Shown in pieces: positions 31,754 through 41,418 of a stretch of 64,000 bases of DNA. Within the stretch, counting starts at the first letter, position 1. Every line of letters begins with the position of its first letter. The position numbers were made by a program, and so were the translations under genes. This DNA is from Acidobacteriota bacterium (GTDB taxonomy: Bacteria > Acidobacteriota > CAIWXX01), in assembly GCA_040755995.1 (NCBI GenBank), contig JBFMAF010000015.1, forward strand, positions 32,001 to 96,000, given 5' to 3'. The notes below the pieces were generated by a model, which made no database searches, had not been told where the DNA came from, and saw only the letters and a list, made by a program, of their open reading frames with translations.

Positions 31754-33160
31754 ATGGGTGAGAGATACGATCTCGTCGTCATCGGATCGGGGCCGGCCGG
31801 TGAGAAGGGGGCGGCGCAGGCTGCCTACTTCGGGAAGAGGGTGGCGCTGGTGGAGCGGTCGGAGCATCTCGGGGGGGCCGGCATCAACACGGGGACCATC
31901 CCGTCCAAGACGCTCCGCGAGACTGCGCTCTATTTCTCGGGGCTTCGCCAGCGCGGCCTGTATGGCATCGACTACTGCCTTCGCGACGGCCTCACGATCG
32001 CCGACTTCATGCACCGGAAGCAGAAGGTGATCGAGACTGAGAGGAGCATCGTCAGCACGAACCTGGCCCGTCACCGGATTGAGGTGATCCGCGGTGACGC
32101 CATGCTGAAGGATGCTCACACGGTCCAGGTTTCTACACCGGGCGGCGGCATCCTGGAGCTTCAGGCCGAGATCATTCTGATTGCCGCCGGCTCGCACCCT
32201 CACCATCCGCCGCATGTCCACTTCGATCATCGGCTCGTTTACGACTCGGACTCGATCCTCTCCATGAGTCGCATCCCCGGAGAGATGGCGGTCATTGGAG
32301 GAGGCGTCATCGGAGTTGAGTACGCGTCGGTATTCGCCGCGCTGGGCGTGCGCGTGACGCTCGTCGAGAAGCGCGAGAGGCTTCTCTCCTTTGTCGATTC
32401 GGAAATCGCCGGGCGTCTCCGGTCCCACCTCGAGAAGATCGGCGTTCGCTTCCGTTTCTCCGACTACGTCCAGAGCGCCGACACAGCGGGAGGCAGGACG
32501 CGGCTGAGCCTCGGCAGCGGCGTCATCCTCGAACCAGACATCGCACTCTTCGCCGCGGGGCGGGAGAGCAATGTGGATGGCCTCGGTCTGGAGTCGGTCG
32601 GTATCGAGGTCCTCTCGCGCGGTGTGATACTAGTGAACGACAAGTTCCAGACCCGCGTCCCCAACATCTATGCGGCGGGCGACGTGCTCGGCTTTCCGGC
32701 CCTCGCATCGGTGTCGATGGAACAGGCGCGCGTCGCCATGGTGCACGCGTTCGATCTGAAGTACAAGGAGCACGTCTCGCCGGTCATCCCTCTAGCAGTC
32801 TACGCGATTCCCGAGATCGCGATGGCGGGCCTGACCGAAGAGGCCTGCTCGAAAGACGGTGTCCCCTGCGAGGTGGGACGCGCATACTACGAGGCCAACG
32901 CCCGAGGCCAGATCATCGGTGACACCTCCGGCATGCTGAAGCTCGTGTTCTCGCCGGCGGACAAGAAGGTCCTGGGAGTTCACCTGATCGGCGAGGGCTC
33001 ATCGGAGCTAGTTCACATCGGCGCCCACGTCATGGGCATGGGCGGCACGATCGATTCCTTCATTCATGCCGTGTACAACTACCCGACGCTCTCCGAGGCA
33101 TACAAGTACGCCGCCTACGACGCCCTCGGAAAACTGGCCGCGTCAGGAAACGCCGGATAG
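31754..33160 (+). CDS. sthA: Soluble Si-specific NAD(P)+ transhydrogenase
   Basis: VIGSGPAGEKGA, GG..INTGTIPSKTLRE (no redox-active CxxxxC), IGGGVIGVEYAS, YNYPTLSEAYKYAAYD. Confidence 0.92.
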   Translation: MGERYDLVVIGSGPAGEKGAAQAAYFGKRVALVERSEHLGGAGINTGTIPSKTLRETALYFSGLRQRGLYGIDYCLRDGLTIADFMHRKQKVIETERSIVSTNLARHRIEVIRGDAMLKDAHTVQVSTPGGGILELQAEIILIAAGSHPHHPPHVHFDHRLVYDSDSILSMSRIPGEMAVIGGGVIGVEYASVFAALGVRVTLVEKRERLLSFVDSEIAGRLRSHLEKIGVRFRFSDYVQSADTAGGRTRLSLGSGVILEPDIALFAAGRESNVDGLGLESVGIEVLSRGVILVNDKFQTRVPNIYAAGDVLGFPALASVSMEQARVAMVHAFDLKYKEHVSPVIPLAVYAIPEIAMAGLTEEACSKDGVPCEVGRAYYEANARGQIIGDTSGMLKLVFSPADKKVLGVHLIGEGSSELVHIGAHVMGMGGTIDSFIHAVYNYPTLSEAYKYAAYDALGKLAASGNAG

Positions 33161-33231
33161 GGAGATCAGGCAGGCGACGAGCCCTGTGTGCCGCCGCCGA
33201 AACGGCGCAGCGGCGGGTCTCCGCGAGACTC

Positions 33232-34503
33232 TCATCGCGGTGGGCAGATGTCCTTGATCCTGGGCTCGGGTATGCTGACTCGAAGCTTGGTGGCGACGCC
33301 CTGGACGGTGGTCGGGGTGACGATGGAGGTGACTGGCGTGGCGGTCACAACGCGATCTTCAACGCACAGCTGGGTCGCGACAATGTGTTTGCAGCCTCCC
33401 GCGTACTGCCCGTCGGGCTCCAGCCGGGCTGCGGACAGGTCACCGTGGTAGTCTGCCGTGGCGCTCTGCCCAGCGAACACGCACCCACCGTCACTTGCGA
33501 GGGCAACAGCATCCAGGCTCCTCCCGGAAGCACCCTTGAACTCGATAGCACCGGTCCTATCGAACTTGCAGTACCACCCAACATCAGGTAGGTCCATGGA
33601 GGCTGGATACTGCCCACATGCTGCAACTCCCCCGTCCGGAGTGATCTCCAGTGCGTAGCCCCAGGTCGAGCTATGTACCGGGTGCCTGAGCCACTTGGCC
33701 CAGAGAACGTTGCCTCCGGAATCCAGTCTCATCAGCGTGTTGGATAAAACGAGAAGGTCTCCGTCAGGAGCCTGCCGGATCGCGGCGCCCCTGCCACTCG
33801 CACCGTATGTCCTCTCCCACAGGATGTTGCCTGACGGGCCCAGCCTCAATACCCACAGCCCTGTCGAGTGCGTGCCGGCGACCAGATACCCTCCATCGTC
33901 GGTCTGAATCACCGAGTAGGCACTGTCCCAGCCCGGAGTGCCGATCGCCTCTTGCCACTCCACCGCCCCGCTCGAACTGAGTTTCAGGCACCATGCATCG
34001 TATTCACCTGCCCCAAACGAGTCAGTGTCTCCTACCAGAAGGCACCCGCCATCCGAGGTGGGGGCCGCCCCATGCAACTGGTCATCTCCATCGCCCCCGA
34101 AACGTCTCTGCCACCGGACGCGCCCTGTTCCTGAGAGGCTGAGGCAGATGATGTCGTGGTAGTCGCCTCGCCAGTAGCCTCCGGCCACGTAGAAGCCACC
34201 CACCGCAGATGGAACAACACCGTCGGCCCACTCGGAGCTGCCCGTGCCGTATGCTTTCATCCACTTCACTTCGCCGCGTTGTTTCAGTCTGACCAGAAAG
34301 ACGTCCGCTGATCTGGCACTCTTGATCTCCGTGCTGCCGGCCAGGACGAAGTCGCCGTTGTCAGCAGTCGTCATGGCGTACGCGGCGTCGGCTCTGTGAT
34401 CGCCAATGACGCGCGCCCAGCTCTCGCCGCGGGCCGGTGTAGGAAAGGCCATCCAAAGGATCGCTGAGGTGATGCCGAGTAGGCGGCGGGCTGGAAACAT
34501 CAT
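33232..34503 (-). CDS. Secreted beta-propeller repeat protein (paralog 2)
   Basis: Signal peptide; repeats of type TSDGGCLLVG..D.W.LKL...G.V.W; SD AGGAGG. Confidence 0.8.
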   Translation of the reverse strand: MMFPARRLLGITSAILWMAFPTPARGESWARVIGDHRADAAYAMTTADNGDFVLAGSTEIKSARSADVFLVRLKQRGEVKWMKAYGTGSSEWADGVVPSAVGGFYVAGGYWRGDYHDIICLSLSGTGRVRWQRRFGGDGDDQLHGAAPTSDGGCLLVGDTDSFGAGEYDAWCLKLSSSGAVEWQEAIGTPGWDSAYSVIQTDDGGYLVAGTHSTGLWVLRLGPSGNILWERTYGASGRGAAIRQAPDGDLLVLSNTLMRLDSGGNVLWAKWLRHPVHSSTWGYALEITPDGGVAACGQYPASMDLPDVGWYCKFDRTGAIEFKGASGRSLDAVALASDGGCVFAGQSATADYHGDLSAARLEPDGQYAGGCKHIVATQLCVEDRVVTATPVTSIVTPTTVQGVATKLRVSIPEPRIKDICPPR

Positions 34504-34628
34504 GGTCGTCCTCCTTTATGATTTCGCACACCCGAGCTGAGTGAATCGCACGACGCGGCGTTCGTGGAATCAAGAGGCATGCCGCCGAATCCGGCCGCCT
34601 GGGGCGGTGGCGCGGAGCTGCGGAGCAG

Positions 34629-35897
34629 TCAGCGTGCGGCGCAGACTGGCTTGATCCTCACCTCCGGTGTGCTGGATCGAAGCTTGGTTGCGACGCCCTG
34701 GACGGTGGTCGTGGTGACGACAGAGGTGACGGGGGTGGCGGTGACAGTGCAGTCCTCGACGAACATCCGGCCCGGGCCAATGTGGCTGCATCCGCCCTCG
34801 AATTGCCCGTCGGGCTCCAGGCGCAGCACCGACATGTCCTCGCTGCGACCTACGATGTCCCTGTATCCAGCGAATACACACCCGCCGTCGCTTGCCAGCC
34901 CCACAGCACCCAGGTACTTCCCGAAATTGCCCTGGAACTTGATCGCCCCAGTCTTGTCGAACGCGCAATAATGGCTCCAACCCGGCTGGTGATAGTAAGT
35001 CGGGTATTGCACGCATGCTGCCATCCCTTCGTCGGGAGTCATCACCATGGCGCTGGCCCCGATGGGGAAAATTGGATCCTTGAGCAGCTTAGCCCACAAG
35101 ACGTTGCCGCTGGAATCCAGTCTCAACAGGCCACCCGCCAGCACGACGCAGCCTCCGTCAGAAGTCAGGCGTATCGCTGCCCCGGAGCCTATCCCATGGT
35201 AGGCTGTCTCCCACAGGAGGTGGCCTGACGGGTCCAGCCTCGCCAGCCACAGGCCTAAGGCTTGCCACCCGGCGACCAGATACCCGCCGTCCGCAGTCTG
35301 CGTGACTGACAGAGCTCCGTCCGAGCCGGCCGTGCCGATTGCCTCTTGCCACTCCACCGACCCGTTCGAAGCCAGCTTCAGACACCACGCGTCATATTCA
35401 CCCGCCCCAAACGAGGTGGTGCTTCCCACCAGAACGCACCCGCCATCCGACGTGGGGGCCGCCCCTTGCAGCAAGTCATCTCCATCGCCTCCGAAACGTC
35501 TCTGCCAGCGAACTCGCCCTGTTGCAGAGAGGCTGAGACAGAGGATGTCGTGGTAGTTGCCTTGCCAGCATCCGCCGGCCACGTAGAAACCGCCCGTGAC
35601 ACATCGAACAACGGCGTCGGCCCACTCAGAGCCGCCCGTGCCGTACGCTTTCGTCCACCTTACTTCGCCATTCTGCGCGAGCCTGACCAGGAAAAAGTCA
35701 TCGGTTCCCGCCTTGATTCGCTCCGTGGCTCCGGCCAGGATGAAGTCGCCGTTGTCGGCTGTCGTCATTGCAAAGGCGGCGTCGCCGTTCGCGGTACCGA
35801 TGGAGCGCGCCCAGCTCTCGCCAGGAGCCGGCGCAGGGAATGCCGCCCAGAGGATCACTGAGATGATGCCGGCCAGCCGGCTCGCTGGAAACCGCAT
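34629..35897 (-). CDS. Secreted beta-propeller repeat protein (paralog 1)
   Basis: Same architecture as, and collinear with, 33232-34503; SD GGAGG before ATG 35897. Confidence 0.8.
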   Translation of the reverse strand: MRFPASRLAGIISVILWAAFPAPAPGESWARSIGTANGDAAFAMTTADNGDFILAGATERIKAGTDDFFLVRLAQNGEVRWTKAYGTGGSEWADAVVRCVTGGFYVAGGCWQGNYHDILCLSLSATGRVRWQRRFGGDGDDLLQGAAPTSDGGCVLVGSTTSFGAGEYDAWCLKLASNGSVEWQEAIGTAGSDGALSVTQTADGGYLVAGWQALGLWLARLDPSGHLLWETAYHGIGSGAAIRLTSDGGCVVLAGGLLRLDSSGNVLWAKLLKDPIFPIGASAMVMTPDEGMAACVQYPTYYHQPGWSHYCAFDKTGAIKFQGNFGKYLGAVGLASDGGCVFAGYRDIVGRSEDMSVLRLEPDGQFEGGCSHIGPGRMFVEDCTVTATPVTSVVTTTTVQGVATKLRSSTPEVRIKPVCAAR

Positions 35898-36055
35898 GGT
35901 CGTCCTCCCTTCTGAATTCGTACGCCTGATCTGCTTCCATCGTGGCACATGATCTTCGCAGAATCAAGAAACAGCAGCCGGGGCCCTGGATCGTGATCGG
36001 ATGCACCATTGAAATTTTGGCTTGCCAGGGAATATGATTCGGATAAAATGCCCAT

Positions 36056-37234
36056 ATGGGTAAGATTATCTCGCGACAGCTTCAGCTGCCTGACCTCCAG
36101 TCTCATTCGGTTTTCTTGTGGGGTCCGCGGAGAACCGGCAAGAGCTTCTGGATCCGGCATCACCTGCCTGACGCCCCCCTCATAGATCTCCTCCAGACCG
36201 ATACATTCGCAGAGTATGCCTCTCGGCCGTCGCTGCTTCGCGAGCGGTTCGGCGAGGCGCGATCCGTGGTGAGGAAGCGGCCGATCGTGATAGATGAGAT
36301 TCAGAAGGTCCCCGCGCTGCTGGACGAAGTCCACTGGCTCATTGAGAATCGCCGGTCTACCTTCCTGCTCACCGGATCGAGTGCGCGTAGGCTCCGTCGG
36401 GGCCACGCCAACCTGCTTGCGGGGCGGGCCCGCCGGAGGGAGATGAGGCCCCTATGCTTCCCTGAGGTGGACGAGATCAATCTCGAGAAAATCGTCCTCA
36501 GCGGGCTCTTGCCGCCGCATTTCCTCTCAGCCGATCCACTCGATGAGATCCGGGGATATGTCCACGACTACTTGAGAGAGGAGATCGCGGCTGAGGGGAT
36601 CAGGATGAACCTGCCGGCATTCTCGGATTTCCTTCGAGTCGCCGCGCTGACGAGCGGGGAGCTGCTGAACTACACCAATGTGGCCCGAGAAACAGGCGTG
36701 TCGGCGAAGGTGGTCCGCAGCTATTTCCAGATCCTGGAAGACACGTTGCTTGGATTCAGACTTGCCCCGTGGAGTCGCAGCAGGAATCGACGTTTGGTTG
36801 AAACCGAGAAGTTCTATCTCTTCGATGTTGGGATCTCCAACTACCTGGCGCGCCGCAGCCCGCGCCTCGGGACGCCGGAATTTGGTAAGAGTTTCGAGCA
36901 GTACATATTGATGGAGCTTCTTGCCTACCGATCCTACCGCGCCCCCGAGATGGATGTTCACTTCTGGCGAACGAGCACCGGTAGAGAGGTGGACTTCGTG
37001 ATCGACCAGATGGAATTGGCTATCGACGTGTCGGCTTCGAGAATGACACCCGAGGTCGGGATCAGGAACCTCACGGCCCTGCGCGAAGATGGACCGGTCC
37101 GGCTGAGACTTGTCGTCTGTCTCGAGTCCCAACGCCGTGAGCTGCGGGATAGACACGGCAGTGTCTTGCTGTACCCATGGCGGGAGTTCCTTGGAGAGCT
37201 ATGGGCTGGCGAGTTGATTCGCGCACACGTTTGA
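36056..37234 (+). CDS. AAA+ ATPase with DUF4143 domain
   Basis: LWGPRRTGKS, IDEIQKVP, LLTGSSAR, LAGRA, KFYLFDVG, WRTSTGREVDFV. Confidence 0.9.
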   Translation: MGKIISRQLQLPDLQSHSVFLWGPRRTGKSFWIRHHLPDAPLIDLLQTDTFAEYASRPSLLRERFGEARSVVRKRPIVIDEIQKVPALLDEVHWLIENRRSTFLLTGSSARRLRRGHANLLAGRARRREMRPLCFPEVDEINLEKIVLSGLLPPHFLSADPLDEIRGYVHDYLREEIAAEGIRMNLPAFSDFLRVAALTSGELLNYTNVARETGVSAKVVRSYFQILEDTLLGFRLAPWSRSRNRRLVETEKFYLFDVGISNYLARRSPRLGTPEFGKSFEQYILMELLAYRSYRAPEMDVHFWRTSTGREVDFVIDQMELAIDVSASRMTPEVGIRNLTALREDGPVRLRLVVCLESQRRELRDRHGSVLLYPWREFLGELWAGELIRAHV

Positions 37235-37328
37235 TCGGTGCGCCGGACTGGGTTAGATTGTCCGGGCACGAGACAAGCCAGCGCGGGAGCCGGTGTGGCG
37301 AAAGGGATTCGCCTCGGGCGGGAGCAAG

Positions 37329-38060
37329 ATGAGAACGCCAGCGAGCAGTCGCGTGGCCGTCGTCGATGACGAAGAGAACATCCGCGAAACCGTGGCGTTT
37401 GCGTTGCGCCGGGAGGGGTACGATGTCGAGACCTTCAGCGATGGCCAGTCCGCTCTGGAGGCATTCAAGCGAGGGCTCCCCGATGTGGTCGTGTTGGACA
37501 TTCTGCTGCCGGGCATGGACGGACTAGAGCTGTGCCGCGCGCTCCGGCAGATCTCCGAGCAGCTGCCCATCATCTTCCTGACCTCGCGAGATGATGAGAT
37601 CGACCGGGTAGTGGGGCTCGAGCTCGGCGCAGACGACTACCTGTGCAAGCCGTTTTCGATGCGCGAGTTGGTCGCGCGAATCCGCGTGCTCCTCCGGCGC
37701 GCGGCGCTCCTGCGGACCTCCGCCCCGTCGCCCGATGAGAAGATCCTGCGTGTCGGCGACCTGCGTCTCGACCTCGATCGCTACCAGGCTTTCTGGAAGC
37801 AGACACCGGTGGCTCTCACCGTGACCGAGTTCATGATGCTGCGCGCGCTGGCGCAGCGGCCCGGGGTGGTCAAAACCCGACAGCACCTGATGACCGAAGG
37901 CTACCCGGACGATACCTATGTCTCGGAGCGCACGATCGACAGCCACATGAAGCGGCTCAGGAAGAAGTTCGCCGCAGTAGACTCTCAGTTCGACGCGATC
38001 GAAACGGTATATGGAGCGGGCTACCGATTCGTGGAAAAGAGATCTTCCACGGTGTCGTGA
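37329..38060 (+). CDS. OmpR-family response regulator (ChvI-like)
   Basis: VVDDE, LDILLPGMDG, GADDYLCKPFS, RPGVVKTR, RTIDSHMKRLRKKF..IETVYGAGYRF. Confidence 0.92.
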   Translation: MRTPASSRVAVVDDEENIRETVAFALRREGYDVETFSDGQSALEAFKRGLPDVVVLDILLPGMDGLELCRALRQISEQLPIIFLTSRDDEIDRVVGLELGADDYLCKPFSMRELVARIRVLLRRAALLRTSAPSPDEKILRVGDLRLDLDRYQAFWKQTPVALTVTEFMMLRALAQRPGVVKTRQHLMTEGYPDDTYVSERTIDSHMKRLRKKFAAVDSQFDAIETVYGAGYRFVEKRSSTVS

Positions 38061-38063
38061 CAC

Positions 38064-39740
38064 ATGAGCGAGGCCGGGGCGCAGAGGAGCTCGCCGGGGG
38101 TATTGAAGGAGCCCGCCTGCGGGCCTGATTCCCCGATCGTTCGCGGTACCGCCGGAGGTCGATGGGGCCGTGTGTGGGATTGGCTCAGGCGAGCCTCCGC
38201 GCGCATATCGATCCGGCTGCTCGCCTTCAACATGCTTTTGGTCTTCCTCCCGGCCGCGGGTCTCCTGTACCTGGACACGTTCGAGAGGCAGCTCTTGATA
38301 GAGCAGGAGCGCTCGATGGTCCAACAAGGCCGGCTGCTGGCCGCGGCGCTCTCGAGCGGAGCCGCGCTGGATCAGGCCGCGGCCACGCTCGTGCTCGAGC
38401 GCCTCGACATGCGACTGGACGCGCGCATCCGGATCGTCGATCGCGATCGAAACGTTTTGGCAGATTCCAGCCTCCTCGGGCCATCCCGCCGGGGAGGAGA
38501 GGAGGCAAGCGGCGAGGAGCTCAGCGCACGTCGCTACTGGAGCTATCGCCTGGGGGCACTTCTGTACAGGGCCTACGTGCGGCTGTTCCACAGCAGACCG
38601 GAGTCGCCCGAGCCGGCGGATCTCTACGTTTCGGCGACGCGAGCGGCGGGGCCCGAGGTGCAGGCGGCGCTGGACGGGCGGTATGGGGCCACGACCCGCA
38701 TATCGGGCGGCGGCCAGCGCTCCGTGAATCTCTACAGCGCGATTCCGATCAGGAGCGGCGGGCAGGTGATCGGAGCCGTGCTGGTATCGCAGTCCACCTT
38801 CCGCATTCTGCAGTCTCTCTACGAGGTGCGAATTGATATCTTCCGAGTGTTCCTGGTGTCGGTGGCTGCCGCCGCCATGTTGAGCCTGCTGCTTTCCACC
38901 ACAATCGCGCATCCGCTGAAGCGCCTCCGGTCGCAGGCTGGGGCGATTCTGGATCGTCGCGGGCGGCTGACGGGGCATTTCAAGGGATCGAGGCGGAGCG
39001 ACGAGATCGGTGATTTGGCTCGCGCGCTGGAGGAACTGACGCGGCGCCTGGAAGAGAGAATGCGGCTGGTGGAGGCGTTCGCCGCCGACGTCTCTCACGA
39101 ATTCCGCAACCCGCTTGCAGCCATCCGCACGGCGGTGGAGGTACTGCAGGAGGTGGAAGACCCTGGTGAACGAAGGCGCTTCGTGGCGATCGTAGAGCGC
39201 GAGGTGGCGAGGTTGGAGCATCTGCTTGCAGACGCCCGCGAGGTCGCGCGTATCGATGCAGGGCTGCACGAGGAGCCGCCGCAGCCGGTGGCGCTCAACG
39301 CCCTGCTCGAGGACATCGTCTCCGGATATCGTCTCAGGCTCGGCGACAGATGCGAGTTCGAGGTCTCGGCGCCGCGGGAACCCGTCCTGGTGCGGTCATC
39401 GCCCGAGCGGCTCACGCAGGCGCTGGAGAATCTGCTCGACAACGGCGTCAGCTTCTCGCCTCCACGCGGCAAGATCCGAGTCACCATGGCGGTGGATCGC
39501 CGCACGACGACCATCGCGGTCTCGGACCAGGGTCCCGGCATCCCCGAGCAGCACATGAGCCGCATCTTCGAAAGATTCTTCACCTGCAGGCCGGACGCGG
39601 ATCGATCGGCCGGAGACCACACCGGCCTCGGGCTCTCGATAGCACGATCCATCATCGAGGCGTACGGTGGCTCCATCCGAGCTGCAAACAACGCCGGCGG
39701 CGGCGCGACATTCACGATCGAGCTGCCCCTGTCTCACTAG
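38064..39740 (+). CDS. Sensor histidine kinase (ChvG-like)
   Basis: Two TMs, HAMP (RSDEIGDLARAL), H-box FAADVSHEFRNPL, NLLDN, DQGPGIP, GLGLSI; start approximate. Confidence 0.92.
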   Translation: MSEAGAQRSSPGVLKEPACGPDSPIVRGTAGGRWGRVWDWLRRASARISIRLLAFNMLLVFLPAAGLLYLDTFERQLLIEQERSMVQQGRLLAAALSSGAALDQAAATLVLERLDMRLDARIRIVDRDRNVLADSSLLGPSRRGGEEASGEELSARRYWSYRLGALLYRAYVRLFHSRPESPEPADLYVSATRAAGPEVQAALDGRYGATTRISGGGQRSVNLYSAIPIRSGGQVIGAVLVSQSTFRILQSLYEVRIDIFRVFLVSVAAAAMLSLLLSTTIAHPLKRLRSQAGAILDRRGRLTGHFKGSRRSDEIGDLARALEELTRRLEERMRLVEAFAADVSHEFRNPLAAIRTAVEVLQEVEDPGERRRFVAIVEREVARLEHLLADAREVARIDAGLHEEPPQPVALNALLEDIVSGYRLRLGDRCEFEVSAPREPVLVRSSPERLTQALENLLDNGVSFSPPRGKIRVTMAVDRRTTTIAVSDQGPGIPEQHMSRIFERFFTCRPDADRSAGDHTGLGLSIARSIIEAYGGSIRAANNAGGGATFTIELPLSH

Positions 39741-39927
39741 CGCGACCGCGGCACCGCTGCGATTCAGACAGTAGGTTGCGCCGGTCCGCCGACCCCGTGA
39801 CCGGGGGGAGGTTACCGACCCTCGGATCTGCGAGGGGAGGCCGCGGGGCAGCGTCACCGGCCCGGCGTGTATCTCCGTGCCGGATCGTGCTTGATGCGCA
39901 GCGCCCGCTGCGCTATATTGAACGCGC

Positions 39928-40004
39928 GCGCCCGTAGCTCAATCGGATAGAGCGACAGACTTCGAATCTGTAGGCCGGGGGTTCGATTCCCTCCGGGCGC
40001 GCCA
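39928..40004 (+). tRNA. tRNA-Arg (TCG)
   Basis: 77 nt; acceptor stem GCGCCCG/CGGGCGC, anticodon arm ACAGA-CTTCGAA-TCTGT, GGTTCGATTCC, CCA; promoter TTGATG-17-TATATT at 39891-39919. Confidence 0.96.
39956..40004 (+). repeat. attL core (49 bp)
   Basis: CAGACTTCGAATCTGTAGGCCGGGGGTTCGATTCCCTCCGGGCGCGCCA, identical to 49028-49076. Confidence 0.95.
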
Positions 40005-40031
40005 ATCTTTTCAGTGACTTAGGCTCACCGG

Positions 40032-40436
40032 TCACAGCGGCCTCAAAGATCGCGCTCCCACTGTGCTCCCAGGCGACGACAACTCGAAGGGCAAGCATCC
40101 CCCCTCGGAGGCTCGTGCAATAGGCTCCCAGACGCGCCAGGGTGCCCCACGCGTGGCGCTCAGCGCGCAGGCTGGCGGTCTGGCCTTGGCCTCGGCTTCC
40201 ACAGCGTCCAGGGCCATCATGGTAAGCTTGCGGAATTCGCCGGCCGCGGCGGAGAAGGCCCTCGGCGCATGCGTGCCGATGTCGCGCACGCCGAGAGCGA
40301 TCTTCGCCCTGGCGTCCGCCTCGATTCGCTCGGCCGATCGCCTGTGCTTCGTGCCTGTGCTGGCGCGATACCGCGCGGCGCCGAATTCGAACTCGTGCCA
40401 GAAGAGACCTCTCTTGCCACGACGGCATAGGCTCAT
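40032..40436 (-). pseudogene. Truncated phage integrase (N-terminal region only)
   Basis: MSLCRRGKRGLFWHEFEF...YRASTGTK.RR.AERIEA resembles integrase N-termini; no catalytic domain; paralog of 52178. Confidence 0.65.
40054..40077 (+). repeat. Candidate integrase arm-type site, left copy
   Basis: GCTCCCACTGTGCTCCCAGGCGAC, identical to 48895-48918. Confidence 0.7.
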
Positions 40437-41213
40437 GAGTCACTCCTTCGCGGTGAATCCGATCCTCCGAGTGTCCTTCGCGGGCGGAGTCATCAGCTCG
40501 CGGATGGCGTCGAAGACCACCTTGAATTGAGCGTCGTACTTCCGTTCGAGAGCGTCGAGTCTGCGGGACAGCTCGGCGTGTGACGAGAGCATGGCGCGCA
40601 GCTTCACGAAGGTCCGCATGATGGCGATGTTTACCAGGACGGCGCGTTCACTTTTCAACACGCCGGACAGCATCGCTACCCCCTGCTCCGTGAAGGCGTG
40701 AGGCAGGTATCGCCGACCGCCCCATCTTGAGATGCCAATTTGTGACCTTGAACTTGAGATGCCAATTTGGCATCTCAAGTCATCCAGCTCCAGAGCCGTG
40801 AGCTGGAACATGAAGTCTTCCGGGAAGCGTCCTCGATTGCGCTTCACGGCGCGTGTGAGCGCCCCAGTCTCGACGCCATAGAGCGCCGCCAGGTCCGCAT
40901 CCAGCATCACCCTCTGGCCGCGAATGGTGTAGATGCAACCCTCGATCCGGTCCCGCGGGACTACTGCCGTCTGTTCCGGCATAACCGGCTCAGTGTTTCT
41001 CTTCGGCCAGTGAATCAAGGCTCGCGAGTATCAACGTCTTGGCGAAGGTCGCAGTCGGTAGCCCTCGCTTCTTCGCCTCATGCTCCAGCCGCCCGCGCTC
41101 ATCGTCCGTGAGCCTGACATTGAGAGGCGTTGTTGCCGGCTTCTTCGTGGTCACGCGCCTGATCGTGGCTTCGAGAACCTTCTCAAGTCGGTGTCCTGCT
41201 CCGATCGTGCCCT
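40225..41213 (-). repeat. Left copy of 989-bp inverted duplication
   Basis: Reverse complement aligns without gaps to 51401-52389. Confidence 0.9.
40440..40982 (-). CDS. ORF6N domain DNA-binding protein
   Basis: [67 protein letters not shown]. Confidence 0.92.
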   Translation of the reverse strand: MPEQTAVVPRDRIEGCIYTIRGQRVMLDADLAALYGVETGALTRAVKRNRGRFPEDFMFQLTALELDDLRCQIGISSSRSQIGISRWGGRRYLPHAFTEQGVAMLSGVLKSERAVLVNIAIMRTFVKLRAMLSSHAELSRRLDALERKYDAQFKVVFDAIRELMTPPAKDTRRIGFTAKE

Positions 41214-41223
41214 TCGGTTTCAT
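40990..41223 (-). CDS. Small ribbon-helix-helix/CopG-like DNA-binding protein
   Basis: [26 protein letters not shown] pattern; SD GGAGG before ATG 41223. Confidence 0.65.
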   Translation of the reverse strand: MKPKGTIGAGHRLEKVLEATIRRVTTKKPATTPLNVRLTDDERGRLEHEAKKRGLPTATFAKTLILASLDSLAEEKH

Positions 41224-41300
41224 CGTCTCGCCTCCGTTCCTCACCATATCTCCGTCGCACGCTACAGTCAAGAGTGCCCCTTCTACACTACCATCCGGTA

Positions 41301-41328
41301 GGGTCGCATAAGAATGATTATGTCAACT
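41301..41328 (+). other. dif-like XerC/XerD recombination site
   Basis: GGGTCGCATAA-GAATGA-TTATGTCAACT, 11-6-11 architecture resembling E. coli dif GGTGCGCATAA-TGTATA-TTATGTTAAAT. Confidence 0.75.
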
Positions 41329-41418
41329 CCATCCCGGTGATCTTGATTGAGACCGATGGGGCCTGTTGACAGACGCTCCGGCTAGGCGCATAGTGATGCC
41401 AACAAACAGGAGGCTACA

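Noticed and set aside
30242..39740. CreD plus the two-component pair as a CreBCD system
   Set aside because: The genes are about 6 kb apart on opposite strands and the pair looks more ChvI/ChvG-like; no linking evidence.
39778..39869. Long GC-rich hairpin before tRNA-Arg as a possible ncRNA (SRP/6S)
   Set aside because: Lacks the SRP helix-8 motif or any other family signature; such folds are expected at this GC content.
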